A model generated the notes under the pieces. That model saw only the letters and a program-made list of their open reading frames with translations. It was not told where the DNA came from and made no database searches. Below are positions 19,157 to 29,830 of a stretch of 64,000 nucleotides of DNA, one piece after another. The translations under genes and the position numbers were made by a program. The stretch lies in the IMG/VR virus record IMGVR_UViG_3300033067_001435, positions 2,744 through 66,743 of that record; one strand, 5' to 3'. The DNA comes from a virus (Duplodnaviria; Caudoviricetes). Position 1 is the stretch's first letter. Each line of letters begins with the position of its first letter.

Positions 19157-19654
19157 TTATCCTTTTGACGCATATTTTCCAATATAACTGTCTACTTTTT
19201 TATATCTTTGAGTAAGTTCATTTCTAAACTTATTAATTTCGTCATTAGTTATAGGTTTATTTGGGTCTGATAAATAACTGCATAAAGACCCTAAATCTTT
19301 TATAGCCTGATATAGTCTATTGTCTATTTCATTTTTATTATCTTCTTCTTTCAGAATACCTTCAACCAGACTTCTAATCCTTGCCCTTAATTTAGTTTCT
19401 ATGTTTTTTGACATTGTACTTGTTGGTTTTTTCACTTTTGATTCTCCTATTTTAACTTTTGTTGGAGCATTTGGTCTATCATAGTAAAATTCAGATGCTT
19501 CTGGTGTTAGTATGGCCTGACTAAATCCTTGTTTTTTTGCCTTTTGGTATATTACATCTAAATCTGGTCCTGTCATAAACTTTCTTTTACTTCCTTCGTC
19601 ATATGACCAAGTATAATATCCAGAACCTTCTCTGTCTACATATAGTTTTTGCAT
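19157..19654 (-). CDS. Hypothetical protein with LRARIRSLVEGILKE motif
   Basis: 165 aa. Confidence 0.6.
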   Translation of the reverse strand: MQKLYVDREGSGYYTWSYDEGSKRKFMTGPDLDVIYQKAKKQGFSQAILTPEASEFYYDRPNAPTKVKIGESKVKKPTSTMSKNIETKLRARIRSLVEGILKEEDNKNEIDNRLYQAIKDLGSLCSYLSDPNKPITNDEINKFRNELTQRYKKVDSYIGKYASKG

Positions 19655-19676
19655 TTTAATATCCTTTATATTTTAT

Positions 19677-19686
19677 TATAAATATG
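19677..19686 (-). promoter_or_regulatory. Candidate late promoter CATATTTATA
   Basis: In intergenic gap 23 nt upstream of start 19654. Confidence 0.45.
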
Positions 19687-19690
19687 ATTG

Positions 19691-22600
19691 TTATTTTACA
19701 ATCAAGTTACCTTCGATTACATTATTACCTACTTGTAATGTTTCTGGGGTTGTTATCCAAACGGTTACTACAGGACCACCATCAATTGTATTAGGTGAGT
19801 TTATATTAAAGTCTGGTCCTTCAAGTTTCGAACCTCTGAATCTGTGGTTGTTTGATGCAAAACATTCATTGTTTTGATAATTACCGCAATCTAAACTTCT
19901 GCTATAATACATTCCATAACTCATTGATACTGCTGTATACCATTGCTTTAAATAGTAACTTCCATATTGTCCTGATGATGAGTAATGATAAATGACCTTT
20001 TTATAGCAACAATTTGTTGTTGGATTTTCATAATAACTTTGTGTCTCTCCTTGACTACCGCTATATTCATTTACAATATCTAATAATCCACTTAAAGATG
20101 ATGTAGAGTTAGTTCCAAAGTGACTCCAAATTGAACCTGTTATTACAGTTGGATTCTTTATTGATCCAGTTGTGTAAAGGTATCTTGATTGTAAAGTTAG
20201 ATTTATAGATGCACTTGCTTGTAAATCTAAATACTCTCCACTACTTGTTGGTATTTGGTTTGGTATTGAAGTTTCCCATTGTGGATTTTCAATAGTTGGC
20301 CTCTTTGCAATTATTACTTTATTCCTGTGTAGTAATGGGTCTTCAATCAAAATACCAGAAATTAAGTCGGCTCTTCCGGGAACTAACTGTTTTATCTGTT
20401 CGAAGAATGTGTAGTCATACAATGCAAGTATTCTAATCAATGCATTAATGTCATTGTTCTTTGCATATTTTTGAAAATACTCATGTCTGAACCTTTTTAG
20501 TTCATCATACCCTTCTTTAAATTGATATTCGGGGTCTCCAATCCAAGAATCTAATTCAGCATAACCTGTGTGATTGTAAATTTCATTGTTTACATGATCA
20601 TTTGGAGCAAATACAATTGCCAATCTATTCGAATCAAATCCGGCTTTATCAAAAGCACTTTTTTCAGCACGAGATACTGGACTTAAATCCCTTGCTAAAA
20701 CTGAGTCTTCTAACCTTATCTTTTCAGACCTTAATGAATTTCCTCCAAGACTTGGAGTATAAATGTAAAAGGTTTCATTATCTGATGGATATTGTAATGA
20801 CTCTGAATATGCTGAAAATCCTTTAAATGATGCTGTTGTATCAAAACTTGCCCTTCTATTTGGTTGACTACTTGATACCTGTGTATATACAGCATGATCC
20901 CATCTTTGCGTATCAATGCCAAGTGGGTAGTATTTGTGTAAAGTATAAAAACTTGATGTTTCTGTGTTTCCGTGATATGCACTTGGATTCAATACATGAC
21001 TATCAAATATTGAACCTGATATTAATTCGAAATATTCTTTGTAGGCTTGTATGTTTCCTACAAACCTTGTACTTAATCCAGTACCTGTAGAACTTCCAGT
21101 TGTTCCACCAAGTATAACCATACTTGATGATGGTCTAAATGCAAGATATTGTCCCCATGCCCTGTAGAAGCCTCTGGATGCCGTAGGAGACGTTAAAACG
21201 ATTGATGAGGTATGTGATAGCCTTCCATACAAACAATCGTTTACCTGAGACACTGAGAGCCTTACAGGGGCATTCATGTTCGAACCTGTTAGAGGTGCAT
21301 CGACTCTAAGGTTTACTGTCCAAAAATCATTGTTGTAAAATGGTAAGTATGATGATGATGCTACAACATTACTAAATGCTGAACCACTGCTATCATAAGC
21401 CAGTGCGCTAAGTTTTAAATAACCATATTGGGCTGAACCTGAGTATGATTGGGAAAATGGAGATTTAGTTCTAATGTGAGCCAATTCAAGGTTCATATTA
21501 GTTTCACCAGAAATACCATCCTTAATAGCCCACAATGACATGGAAACAGATGATGATATTTCTGTTTTAAATCTAAATTCAATTGTATCTGTTACTCTTT
21601 CAATTCCATTCCACGAACCTGATGATATTGGAAGTGGTCTCCTTGGTATTTCTATATATTGACTTCCACTTACTTTTAAACTATAGTAATATCTATCTTC
21701 AATTAAAGTTGGTTTATCTGTAATTGGACTTGGGCCGCCATACTCTTTAATTCCAATCAAAGTTTGTGGAATTCCATATATTGACATCAATGCTTTAATT
21801 GACCTTGATGTTCCCTTTGTTTTTAGTAGATACGGAAGGTTATTTACAATCCTACGCCAAATCATATGAGTTTGGTCTTCATGTGACAATGAAAACATAG
21901 AACCTGTTGAAGCATATTGTCCTTGGTTATCAGTTCCAAGTTTGTATGTCCAAAGATCGGCTAACTGTCTTGTATTCTGTAATTCCCACCCAAAACTTGA
22001 TGCTATTGAAGATAATAATCCATTACTAACTCCACGTTTTGGATGTTCTTCTTTTTCATGGATTTGAGGCATTGCATTGATGTATGAATACAATAAATCA
22101 AAGTGCTCTCCAATCATTTCTACAAATAACACATATTCACTGTTTCCCGGCTCCATATATATGTGCTCAGGAATTGACCAATATAATCTATTTGTATTTT
22201 GCTCATCAAATTTACTTGCTGATGATAGCAAGGTTTGATACCAAGTTTCTGTAATTGAAGAAGATACAGACCAATTTACCCATTGTCCGTTTATTAATCT
22301 CTTTGGCCACGGCTGTATTGATCCACTTATGTCATGGCTGAACAAACTTGCTGTTGGTTCATAATATGACCATCTCTCAAATGGAGTGAATTGTGTGGCT
22401 ATCTGATCAATCCTTTTTTGATTTAGATCAATTGCACCAGATATAAAAATAGTATTGCTGGCTGTTGAATTCAACAGCACAGCGATTGATGAGGAGTATT
22501 CCTCAATCTTAGAAACTTTGTAGTGGAAATTTCTCAGCCTTTCTTCTGCTGATGAATAAAAGACAAAATTACCAAAGTCTGTGTAGTCTACATTTATCTT

Positions 22601-23431
22601 TACACCAGAACCTGATAACGACTGATCTATAATACGCTGAGATGTGTTCAGGTTTGCGTCTAAGAGATCATCCCAACTTTTGTAGGTCGTAGAGTTGGAA
22701 GAATATAAAGTCGTGTCTATGTCAAAATTTGGGCCTCTTAACTGATTTACATTTCCAGCAACTGTTGGATTTACTAAAATAACAGTATCAAGGTATGGAT
22801 CAATTACTTCAAAGTCAAACCACGCCTGATCCTTATCTTGTATTTCATCAAAGATTGGCTGGTACAACTTTACATAAAAGGTTGCCTCTTCAACTTCATC
22901 AAACCAAATATTAACAACCTTTTGTATCTGGTTAAAACCGAAGTTTATTACAAGGTTATTTAATATATTATTATCAGTTAAGGTTTGTATATATGCCTTA
23001 AATGTTCCGTATTCAGATAGAACCTTTTTGTCTACTGATAATTTTAATTCAGTTCTATCTGGACTTATGTCCTTTACAAAAACCTTTTTATTATCAAGGT
23101 TTCCCCAAGCATTTTGAAAGCAATTAATGGCTACAATATATGAGCCTCTACTAATATTTGCCTCTGCAAATGTAGATCGAATATCTACAAGTAGACTATT
23201 GCTTACATCTTCAAGAAAAGTATATTTTGCATCATGGTTTCCAATTAGATAATCACCATAAAACGAATATACATGAAGTTCAGACCTTTGATTTTTTACA
23301 AGGTTTGGGTCTTGTGGGATTAATACTACATCATCAAGTACAAATAAATCTTTATCAGACCACAATTGTCCATATTGGATTTGTAGTTCTGATAAAATTT
23401 TCTGTTTATTGATATACCGCTCTAAACTCAC
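19691..23431 (-). CDS. Large virion protein, baseplate wedge/tail protein I-like
   Basis: 1246 aa; NLPYLLKTKGTSRSIKALMSIYGIP segment typical of baseplate wedge proteins; Ser/Thr-rich beta regions. Confidence 0.7.
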   Translation of the reverse strand: MSLERYINKQKILSELQIQYGQLWSDKDLFVLDDVVLIPQDPNLVKNQRSELHVYSFYGDYLIGNHDAKYTFLEDVSNSLLVDIRSTFAEANISRGSYIVAINCFQNAWGNLDNKKVFVKDISPDRTELKLSVDKKVLSEYGTFKAYIQTLTDNNILNNLVINFGFNQIQKVVNIWFDEVEEATFYVKLYQPIFDEIQDKDQAWFDFEVIDPYLDTVILVNPTVAGNVNQLRGPNFDIDTTLYSSNSTTYKSWDDLLDANLNTSQRIIDQSLSGSGVKINVDYTDFGNFVFYSSAEERLRNFHYKVSKIEEYSSSIAVLLNSTASNTIFISGAIDLNQKRIDQIATQFTPFERWSYYEPTASLFSHDISGSIQPWPKRLINGQWVNWSVSSSITETWYQTLLSSASKFDEQNTNRLYWSIPEHIYMEPGNSEYVLFVEMIGEHFDLLYSYINAMPQIHEKEEHPKRGVSNGLLSSIASSFGWELQNTRQLADLWTYKLGTDNQGQYASTGSMFSLSHEDQTHMIWRRIVNNLPYLLKTKGTSRSIKALMSIYGIPQTLIGIKEYGGPSPITDKPTLIEDRYYYSLKVSGSQYIEIPRRPLPISSGSWNGIERVTDTIEFRFKTEISSSVSMSLWAIKDGISGETNMNLELAHIRTKSPFSQSYSGSAQYGYLKLSALAYDSSGSAFSNVVASSSYLPFYNNDFWTVNLRVDAPLTGSNMNAPVRLSVSQVNDCLYGRLSHTSSIVLTSPTASRGFYRAWGQYLAFRPSSSMVILGGTTGSSTGTGLSTRFVGNIQAYKEYFELISGSIFDSHVLNPSAYHGNTETSSFYTLHKYYPLGIDTQRWDHAVYTQVSSSQPNRRASFDTTASFKGFSAYSESLQYPSDNETFYIYTPSLGGNSLRSEKIRLEDSVLARDLSPVSRAEKSAFDKAGFDSNRLAIVFAPNDHVNNEIYNHTGYAELDSWIGDPEYQFKEGYDELKRFRHEYFQKYAKNNDINALIRILALYDYTFFEQIKQLVPGRADLISGILIEDPLLHRNKVIIAKRPTIENPQWETSIPNQIPTSSGEYLDLQASASINLTLQSRYLYTTGSIKNPTVITGSIWSHFGTNSTSSLSGLLDIVNEYSGSQGETQSYYENPTTNCCYKKVIYHYSSSGQYGSYYLKQWYTAVSMSYGMYYSRSLDCGNYQNNECFASNNHRFRGSKLEGPDFNINSPNTIDGGPVVTVWITTPETLQVGNNVIEGNLIVK

Positions 23432-23441
23432 TCATAACCTC

Positions 23442-23723
23442 TTATTTTGGATTCGCTTTCCAGATAGCATTTTTATCAAATGATTTAACAAATGACTTCT
23501 CGTTTCTTGGATTTAACAAGGCTGATACAAAATCCTGTCCATTTATTCTCTTAGAGCCTATTGCTTGCATTAAATCAATATACTCTATTTGATTTCTATC
23601 ACAAAAATCTTTTACTGCTTTTGGATTTGTGCCAGTTAACTGAGCAATTTTATCTATTTGTAATTGCTCATTTCCTTCTTTGATTACTTTTTCAACAAGT
23701 ATTCTAAGTCTTGATTTTTTCAT
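23442..23723 (-). CDS. Hypothetical protein with KSRLRILVEKVIKE leader
   Basis: 93 aa. Confidence 0.6.
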   Translation of the reverse strand: MKKSRLRILVEKVIKEGNEQLQIDKIAQLTGTNPKAVKDFCDRNQIEYIDLMQAIGSKRINGQDFVSALLNPRNEKSFVKSFDKNAIWKANPK

Positions 23724-23747
23724 ATAACTTTCCTTTTTTATTAATAT

Positions 23748-24542
23748 TTATCTGTATCTGTATAAATCGCCTGCACGAAGTGGTGGATTTGCATCGTTTA
23801 CATTACCCCTTACACCTTTTGCGGGTGCATTCCATCCGGCTGGTTTGTATATGTCACCTGTAGTTGGGTCTACAAAAGCAAATACTGAACGACTACCTTT
23901 CCCACCATATGTAGTGGTTGTGATCTTAACCCACCTCTTTCCGGGTACTGCATCAAAAACACTTGGCTCTAAAGTATATCCCTGCTTTTCAAAGTGTTCT
24001 TTCTCTGCTTTATTCAGTTTTTCAACATAATCAGCGATTGCTTGTTTGTTATCGCCACTTTCTTTTAAAGTTGGTGGTTGAATTGATTCTTCTATTGGGG
24101 TTCCAATTGAATGGTAGTAGTCTTTAACTGCTTTAATAAACTTCTGTATTTTTGCAATTGCATCAGCAGAGTTTTTGGCTTTTGTCTTCCTGAATTTAAC
24201 AGGAATTTGATCATAAACTTTGTAAGGATTTTTACTTTTTTCTGATAAGTCACTGGAAAATACTTCCATAACTCCATCAGTTGTTATTGTCATCTTAAAG
24301 TACTTACTGTTTTGAAATATCCCACTTGCCCATTTTTCCTTTGGCTCAAAACCAAACGTAGCATATAGTGTATCTGGACGGCCTAATGCCCCAACAGAAC
24401 AATTTACTATTGGAAGATGAATATTAACCTTTAGTTCGGCTCCAAATTCCATTGCACCTTCTTTTGTAGGTTCGAACAACTGTACTCCGTTTTCAACTAA
24501 GAACTTTTCCATGATGAGCATTACTTTTGATTTAGATTTCAT
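23748..24542 (-). CDS. Two-module hypothetical protein joined by an EES...LKES linker
   Basis: C-terminal module with VFAFVDPTTGDIYKPAGWNAPAKGVRGNV, a motif seen in small phage proteins. Confidence 0.65.
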   Translation of the reverse strand: MKSKSKVMLIMEKFLVENGVQLFEPTKEGAMEFGAELKVNIHLPIVNCSVGALGRPDTLYATFGFEPKEKWASGIFQNSKYFKMTITTDGVMEVFSSDLSEKSKNPYKVYDQIPVKFRKTKAKNSADAIAKIQKFIKAVKDYYHSIGTPIEESIQPPTLKESGDNKQAIADYVEKLNKAEKEHFEKQGYTLEPSVFDAVPGKRWVKITTTTYGGKGSRSVFAFVDPTTGDIYKPAGWNAPAKGVRGNVNDANPPLRAGDLYRYR

Positions 24543-24555
24543 TTTTATTTCCTTA

Positions 24556-24606
24556 CAAAGGTAGAATCTTTCTTTTAATTATAATTATCGTTAACAACCT
24601 ATTAAC
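24556..24606 (-). promoter_or_regulatory. Promoter cassette: TACCTTTG -7 box plus upstream box, no clear -33
   Basis: + strand caaaggta 24556-63 and ttaacaacctattaac 24591-606; same 35-bp offset as early cassettes. Confidence 0.6.
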
Positions 24607-25423
24607 TATTTAGTGCGGCTATTGCTGCTTCTGCTGCTGCTTGAGCAGCGTTTGCCTGTGCTATGGCTGCCTGACTTGCCGCTTCTGCTGCTTGTGCTTG
24701 TGCTTTTGCAGCATCTGCTGCCGCTTTATCTGCTGCTGCTTGAGCCTTAACTGTATCTATTTGCTGTTGTGCTGCTGCCGTTGCTGCACTTGCTATTGCT
24801 GCTCCTGATTTTACATTTGCATCCAACTGCTTTAATAACTCTGAGTTTGTTTTATCACTCATGTCCGCATTCCAAGCAGTTGATTTATCTGGTATTATAT
24901 CAGTTGCCTCTTCTATCTGTTCACATTGTGATTCTGGAATTACTCTAACAGACAATAAAGTTATTCCACGTTGAGCCAACATTACTTCAAGTGTTTTGTA
25001 GTTTGGTATCTTTTTCTTCTTACCATCTTCTATTATCCAGTATTGATAATTTTCTTTTGGTTGTGGAAGGGAATCTTTATCAAAACATCTAAATATTGAA
25101 CCTTCAATTAATGTAAATTTATCTGGTTCAATTACTTGAGGTGGAATAAAATATGAAAAGGTTGTATCAGTATAGTCCTTTAAGTTTTGATCAGTTACAA
25201 ATACCTTTTTTGGTATGTAGTTTAAGTAAACCTTATCTTTGTTTGTTGGTAATTCATATGCGCCCGCTCCATTCCTCTTTGACAAGGTGTAATTCCTTGC
25301 ATTTATACCATCCTGAGAAATAAAGTCATAAGTTTGGCCTTCAATAGGTATAACATATTGAAGTAGTTTGGCATTTGACGTAAATGCATCAAGATATGTT
25401 ATGTCATTTATTATTGTTTTCAA
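24602..25423 (-). CDS. Hypothetical virion-associated protein with Ala/Gln-rich C-terminal coiled coil
   Basis: 273 aa; AAAQQQ...AAEAAIAALNS tail. Confidence 0.65.
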   Translation of the reverse strand: MKTIINDITYLDAFTSNAKLLQYVIPIEGQTYDFISQDGINARNYTLSKRNGAGAYELPTNKDKVYLNYIPKKVFVTDQNLKDYTDTTFSYFIPPQVIEPDKFTLIEGSIFRCFDKDSLPQPKENYQYWIIEDGKKKKIPNYKTLEVMLAQRGITLLSVRVIPESQCEQIEEATDIIPDKSTAWNADMSDKTNSELLKQLDANVKSGAAIASAATAAAQQQIDTVKAQAAADKAAADAAKAQAQAAEAASQAAIAQANAAQAAAEAAIAALNS

Positions 25424-26178
25424 TTAACTTCCTCACAATAGTTCCAGTCTTTGAATTTCGGGTTTTTAGAACTAATACGAAGACTTAAAGTGGTATAGGG
25501 TATTTTTAATTGTGAGGATGCATCTTTTCTGGATGTATAAAATACTCCATTTATAACACAAGGTTTTCTATTTGGGTTATTTAGTGATATTTTAATCTTA
25601 GTTACTTCTTCCCTTTTTCGTTTAAACATATGACTATCCTCTCCACATCTTTTCCCTTTGCTGGCCTCACTTATCTTCTGTTTGGTTTTCTCTAAATGCC
25701 TTTTTCCAAATAAATAATGCTTTTCCCCACGAGTTTTTCCCTTCAAAGATTTACTTTGGTTTATTTTCGTTTCTACTGAGGAAGTTTTTCCAAAATTATG
25801 ATTTTTTTCTCCTAACTGTGCTTCACTCATCTTTTTCTTAGTTTCTTCTGAATGGGTACATTCATTATCGCCACCAGTTCTTGTGTTGTAGCATTCTTCA
25901 AGATTAACCATTTCTAAGGTAACTACATCTCTTTCGTGATCAGAGGCTTCTTTACGGGTTGGATAATCTGCTATTATTTCTTTGGTAAAATTACTTTTTC
26001 CGTACTTTTTAATAGCCTTTATCATAGTTCGACCACTTCCTAAATAACCATCTTCAAGGTTATTTGTTGAGTGAATTCCGTAGTAGTATTTACCGTTTAA
26101 AGTATTAGTTGTTTTATAAAAACAATTGTGCTTCTTTTCCATATTACCCTCTTTGTATTCTAAATATGTAATTTTCAT
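25420..26178 (-). CDS. GIY-YIG (Seg-like) homing endonuclease with NUMOD3 repeats
   Basis: CFYKTTNTLNGKYYYGIH...YLGSG, YNTRTGG, HSEETKKKMSEA...NHNFGK; probable start MEKK 26142. Confidence 0.85.
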   Translation of the reverse strand: MKITYLEYKEGNMEKKHNCFYKTTNTLNGKYYYGIHSTNNLEDGYLGSGRTMIKAIKKYGKSNFTKEIIADYPTRKEASDHERDVVTLEMVNLEECYNTRTGGDNECTHSEETKKKMSEAQLGEKNHNFGKTSSVETKINQSKSLKGKTRGEKHYLFGKRHLEKTKQKISEASKGKRCGEDSHMFKRKREEVTKIKISLNNPNRKPCVINGVFYTSRKDASSQLKIPYTTLSLRISSKNPKFKDWNYCEEVN

Positions 26179-27271
26179 CTACTACTCTAATAGTATCGCC
26201 CCCATCAAAAATTGATTTAAAGACAACTTTATAGTACCGCTCCGGCATAAGTGAGGAGCAATCGAGTTGAAAATAGTTGCCCTGCGCATCACAGTTTATT
26301 TTTGTGCCTATATCGTCATAATATACGATAATTTCATCAGTTTCTGTATCTTGTATTTGAAAGTAGGAACCTGTTGGCAATCGCTTTGAAATTAAATAGT
26401 TGCTTGAGGTTGCGTAAGTTTGTTGTGGATAACGATCCCTAACTCCTATTCGAACCTTTGGCTTTTCCTGCTCTTTATATCCTTCTCTAAGGTTCTTTAA
26501 ATACAAGACAAAATCATCGCTGCTAACCTCAGTAAATGAGCCTGTTCCTGATAAATCTGAATTGTCCCAAACTACTTCAAGTTTTGGTAAGAATATTGTA
26601 TGACTTTCAACACTAAAGAATTTAATGCTTCCAAAAACAGAAGTATCTTGTTCAATGTTGTCACTCAGTTTTACCATGAATCCATTATTCTGAATTGAAC
26701 CTGATAACCATCTTTTTACAATATCGGTTACATCCATTCTAACATCTGGCAATTCATGGTTGAAACTTTGACTGCAAACTGAACTGGTATACCAATTTCC
26801 TCCACCGGGAATAGTTCCAAATGATCCTGTAGATGTTGAATTATAAGAACTTGTTGACCAAATTTTTGTATCCAGTTTAGAATCTCTATATTTCCAACTC
26901 ACTCCATCTGTTATAATTGGGTTGTTATTAAAGAACCCTCTTCCATTTGACCATGAACCTGATACTGGATAAGCATATAATGTATAATTTACAGGTAACG
27001 CAATGGCTTCTGTTGCTCTTAAATTAAGATAGAACCTTGCATTAGAATTTATTTTTCCACTTACTACTGATGATGATATGTCAGTTAAATCAAATTGAAT
27101 CAATACCCTACTATTATATGTTGCAGCATAATAAACAGTACTGTCCCCTTCTAATGATGGAGAGCCTACTGCTTCTTTGCTAATCTCAAGTATTTGATCA
27201 ACTCCTGTGTTCTGTTCATTTGCTTGAGAATACAAGGTTGAATCTTTTAGTGGGTATATTGTTTTGTACAT
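26144..27271 (-). CDS. Virion structural protein, DNRLRE-like domain
   Basis: DSTLYS, RVLIQFDL, MDVTDIVKRWLSGSIQNNGFMVK, PKLEVVW. Confidence 0.7.
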   Translation of the reverse strand: MYKTIYPLKDSTLYSQANEQNTGVDQILEISKEAVGSPSLEGDSTVYYAATYNSRVLIQFDLTDISSSVVSGKINSNARFYLNLRATEAIALPVNYTLYAYPVSGSWSNGRGFFNNNPIITDGVSWKYRDSKLDTKIWSTSSYNSTSTGSFGTIPGGGNWYTSSVCSQSFNHELPDVRMDVTDIVKRWLSGSIQNNGFMVKLSDNIEQDTSVFGSIKFFSVESHTIFLPKLEVVWDNSDLSGTGSFTEVSSDDFVLYLKNLREGYKEQEKPKVRIGVRDRYPQQTYATSSNYLISKRLPTGSYFQIQDTETDEIIVYYDDIGTKINCDAQGNYFQLDCSSLMPERYYKVVFKSIFDGGDTIRVVDENYIFRIQRG

Positions 27272-27660
27272 TACTGATTATCCATGTATTTTTCTACTTT
27301 TTTATATACTTCAATTGCCTTATCTCTTGGAAGGTTTATCCTGATTACTTTTATCTCTTCATCTGGTTGTATTACTGCGTAAGCCAATTGTCTGTGGTGT
27401 CCATCAATTATATAATTATCCGAAGAAATTACAATTAAGGGAAGGTTCGCTCCTTTGGTTATATCTCTTATAATAGACATAACCTTTTTCTTATTTACCT
27501 GCTTTTGAGAATGCTTTAATTGCTTTGGTAAAACAGTATCTATTTGAACAGGTATTTTTGCTTTCTTTAATATTGTAAATGCATCAACTAAATCAGAACC
27601 TTTTATCTGTGGCATGTCACTTCTATCATAAATGCTTTCTAAAATATCTTTTAATTTCAT
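27271..27660 (-). CDS. ParB/Sulfiredoxin-like protein with MKLK leader
   Basis: LKHSQ, LIVISSDNYIIDGHHR; MKLKDILES. Confidence 0.75.
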   Translation of the reverse strand: MKLKDILESIYDRSDMPQIKGSDLVDAFTILKKAKIPVQIDTVLPKQLKHSQKQVNKKKVMSIIRDITKGANLPLIVISSDNYIIDGHHRQLAYAVIQPDEEIKVIRINLPRDKAIEVYKKVEKYMDNQ

Positions 27661-27947
27661 ATAGTACCCTCTTCAATAAAATAAGTAAACATATCCCAAG
27701 AATCGTTTGTTAGTGCTGATGACTTATCTAAATTATCTTCCCAAGGAATGAACCTTAAATTCTTTATATTTGCAATTATGTGTGGGTCTATATTATTCTT
27801 AAAACCCTGTCTAATTGAATATATGTGATCTAATTGATATGCTCCTACCTTACCTGACTTACCCCTGTATTTATAATTTTCTAATAAATGTACTGGCTGT
27901 CGGTTTGTTTCCTTCTTTACTATCCTATTGTATTCTTTGTATGTCAT
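27657..27947 (-). CDS. Small stand-alone HNH-like domain protein
   Basis: YQLDHIYSI...NLRFIPWEDNLDK. Confidence 0.6.
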   Translation of the reverse strand: MTYKEYNRIVKKETNRQPVHLLENYKYRGKSGKVGAYQLDHIYSIRQGFKNNIDPHIIANIKNLRFIPWEDNLDKSSALTNDSWDMFTYFIEEGTI

Positions 27948-29830
27948 ATTTCTACTGCTCGAATCAAAATATCACGTTTAGGAAAAGGGATTCTAAATAA
28001 ACTTGGATCAAGACTTGGATATAATATATCCCCTCTTGTTGCTGTTTTTAAATCATACTGGTTTCCACTATATCCTGAATTCTGATCTACTTTATTTATA
28101 AATTCTATTTTTTGTATTGATTGTACTCCATCTACTTTATCCAATTCATTTCTAATTGAAGATAAAAGTATTGGTTGGTTTATTTGTAGTTTTTCTGGCT
28201 TAAATAGTTCAATTAACTTTTCACTACATTTTAATAGAACCTCGTTGCTATTTTCATTTGGCCTAACAATTACGTCCACATTAATTCCCAAATCTATCAA
28301 AAATGGGTCTTTGATGTTTATTGCATCAGTCATAAGCCTATACTGCTTTAAATACTGCCTCAAGTTCTCTTTAATTGCTTCATTTGCTGGGATTGGGTTT
28401 CCAAGACTATCAGCAGCAAGGATGTAAAGGTTCAACGCAAATGGATTTGGTGTTCTCTCTTCGTTCCACTGTCCTAATTGAAAATCCTGTTCAACGTATG
28501 CCTTTGATATTCCGCCATATTTAGCAGGCATCGCAAAACATCTAAGTATATAATCTTCCTTAGTAACTGCCCTGTTTTGTGCAGCAAAGTTTGCCATTGC
28601 TTCCTGACGAATGTTATCCAGAGCCTTTCTATTTTGTCCGCCGAATGCTGGATAAGGATTATTTATTGACAACGAATTCTTTATGGTTTGAAGAACTGTA
28701 GAATCTGTTGAATCAATTGGGTCAATTATTTCGCTGGTTGTAATATCATTTATAGTGTTCGATGAAACATTATCTACAATACCATTTGCTACTGCATATT
28801 GAACTGTTAATATTGTATTGGCTGGAACACTCCCATATGTTCTTGTATATAAGAAGTTCATTGGATCAATGCTCACATCTACAACCCTTTCAAAATAATT
28901 AAGCCCTAATCCTACATTCATTGGATTTGGAACTATTTCCTCATCTGCTTCACTACTCAATCCTGAACCAAATTGTATTTCAGTAAAATCATCTTTCCTT
29001 AACCTTGATACGAACCTTCTTTCTGTTTGTTTATAGCAAAGTATATATGGAACTGAACTTCTATACTGGCTTAGTTTTGGATCGTTATATGGAAGGTTTC
29101 TAACTGATATTGGGACTAAATCTTGTGCCAAATACGGTACTTCATACCAAGTATTATTATCACTATCTGTAACCTTTACAACTTCTGTTACATTATCTTC
29201 ATCCAGTACAATTTTATCGTAAATTTTTGGATCAGAGAATTGGAATGTTTTGGTTTTTAATTCACCACTAACTGCTCGAACCTTTTTCTTCAATAGATAA
29301 TACTCTATTGCTCCATCACCAGTCACAGAATAAACTGTAATTGTAGTTGGATCAAAACTTGAACTGAATCTGAAATCTATTGCATCTTTAGTGTAAAATG
29401 GAACTGCATCTTTATCAGATGTAGCCACTTGCATATTCTCCTTTATATAGAGACCATACCTAAAATCTGGTTTTGTATTTGTACCAGAGCCAACTGATGG
29501 AACCAATTGAAACACATCTAAATCTACTGATGCCGGGACGACTGTTTTTGCCTTATATCCCATCCCCTGAGAAAGGTTGTATAGATTTATTCTCTCTTCT
29601 ACATTTGATAGTAGAGATTCTTGCAGATTTACGTCAGCAAAGAAGGCTAATGCATCGCCAACATAAGAAGCCATCTCGATCATCATCGTTCCCGGAGAAG
29701 CCTCATTAAAATCTGAAACTGTATTAGGAAAATATTGCTTTGCATGATTTATCAAAGCAATACGAAATTCTGCGAAATCCTTATTTACATAACTTACGTT
29801 TCTTTTATATCTACTATTAAGCATTGCCAT
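27944..29830 (-). CDS. Baseplate wedge subunit (T4 gp6/baseplate J-like)
   Basis: KDFAEFR, SDFNEASPG, EIQFGSG, AFGGQ, QNRAVTKEDY. Confidence 0.85.
   Translation of the reverse strand: MAMLNSRYKRNVSYVNKDFAEFRIALINHAKQYFPNTVSDFNEASPGTMMIEMASYVGDALAFFADVNLQESLLSNVEERINLYNLSQGMGYKAKTVVPASVDLDVFQLVPSVGSGTNTKPDFRYGLYIKENMQVATSDKDAVPFYTKDAIDFRFSSSFDPTTITVYSVTGDGAIEYYLLKKKVRAVSGELKTKTFQFSDPKIYDKIVLDEDNVTEVVKVTDSDNNTWYEVPYLAQDLVPISVRNLPYNDPKLSQYRSSVPYILCYKQTERRFVSRLRKDDFTEIQFGSGLSSEADEEIVPNPMNVGLGLNYFERVVDVSIDPMNFLYTRTYGSVPANTILTVQYAVANGIVDNVSSNTINDITTSEIIDPIDSTDSTVLQTIKNSLSINNPYPAFGGQNRKALDNIRQEAMANFAAQNRAVTKEDYILRCFAMPAKYGGISKAYVEQDFQLGQWNEERTPNPFALNLYILAADSLGNPIPANEAIKENLRQYLKQYRLMTDAINIKDPFLIDLGINVDVIVRPNENSNEVLLKCSEKLIELFKPEKLQINQPILLSSIRNELDKVDGVQSIQKIEFINKVDQNSGYSGNQYDLKTATRGDILYPSLDPSLFRIPFPKRDILIRAVEI

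Noticed and set aside
24602-24800. GC-rich low-complexity stretch as a repeat element or foreign DNA
   Set aside because: Explained by Ala/Gln codons (gct/gca) of a coiled-coil tail.
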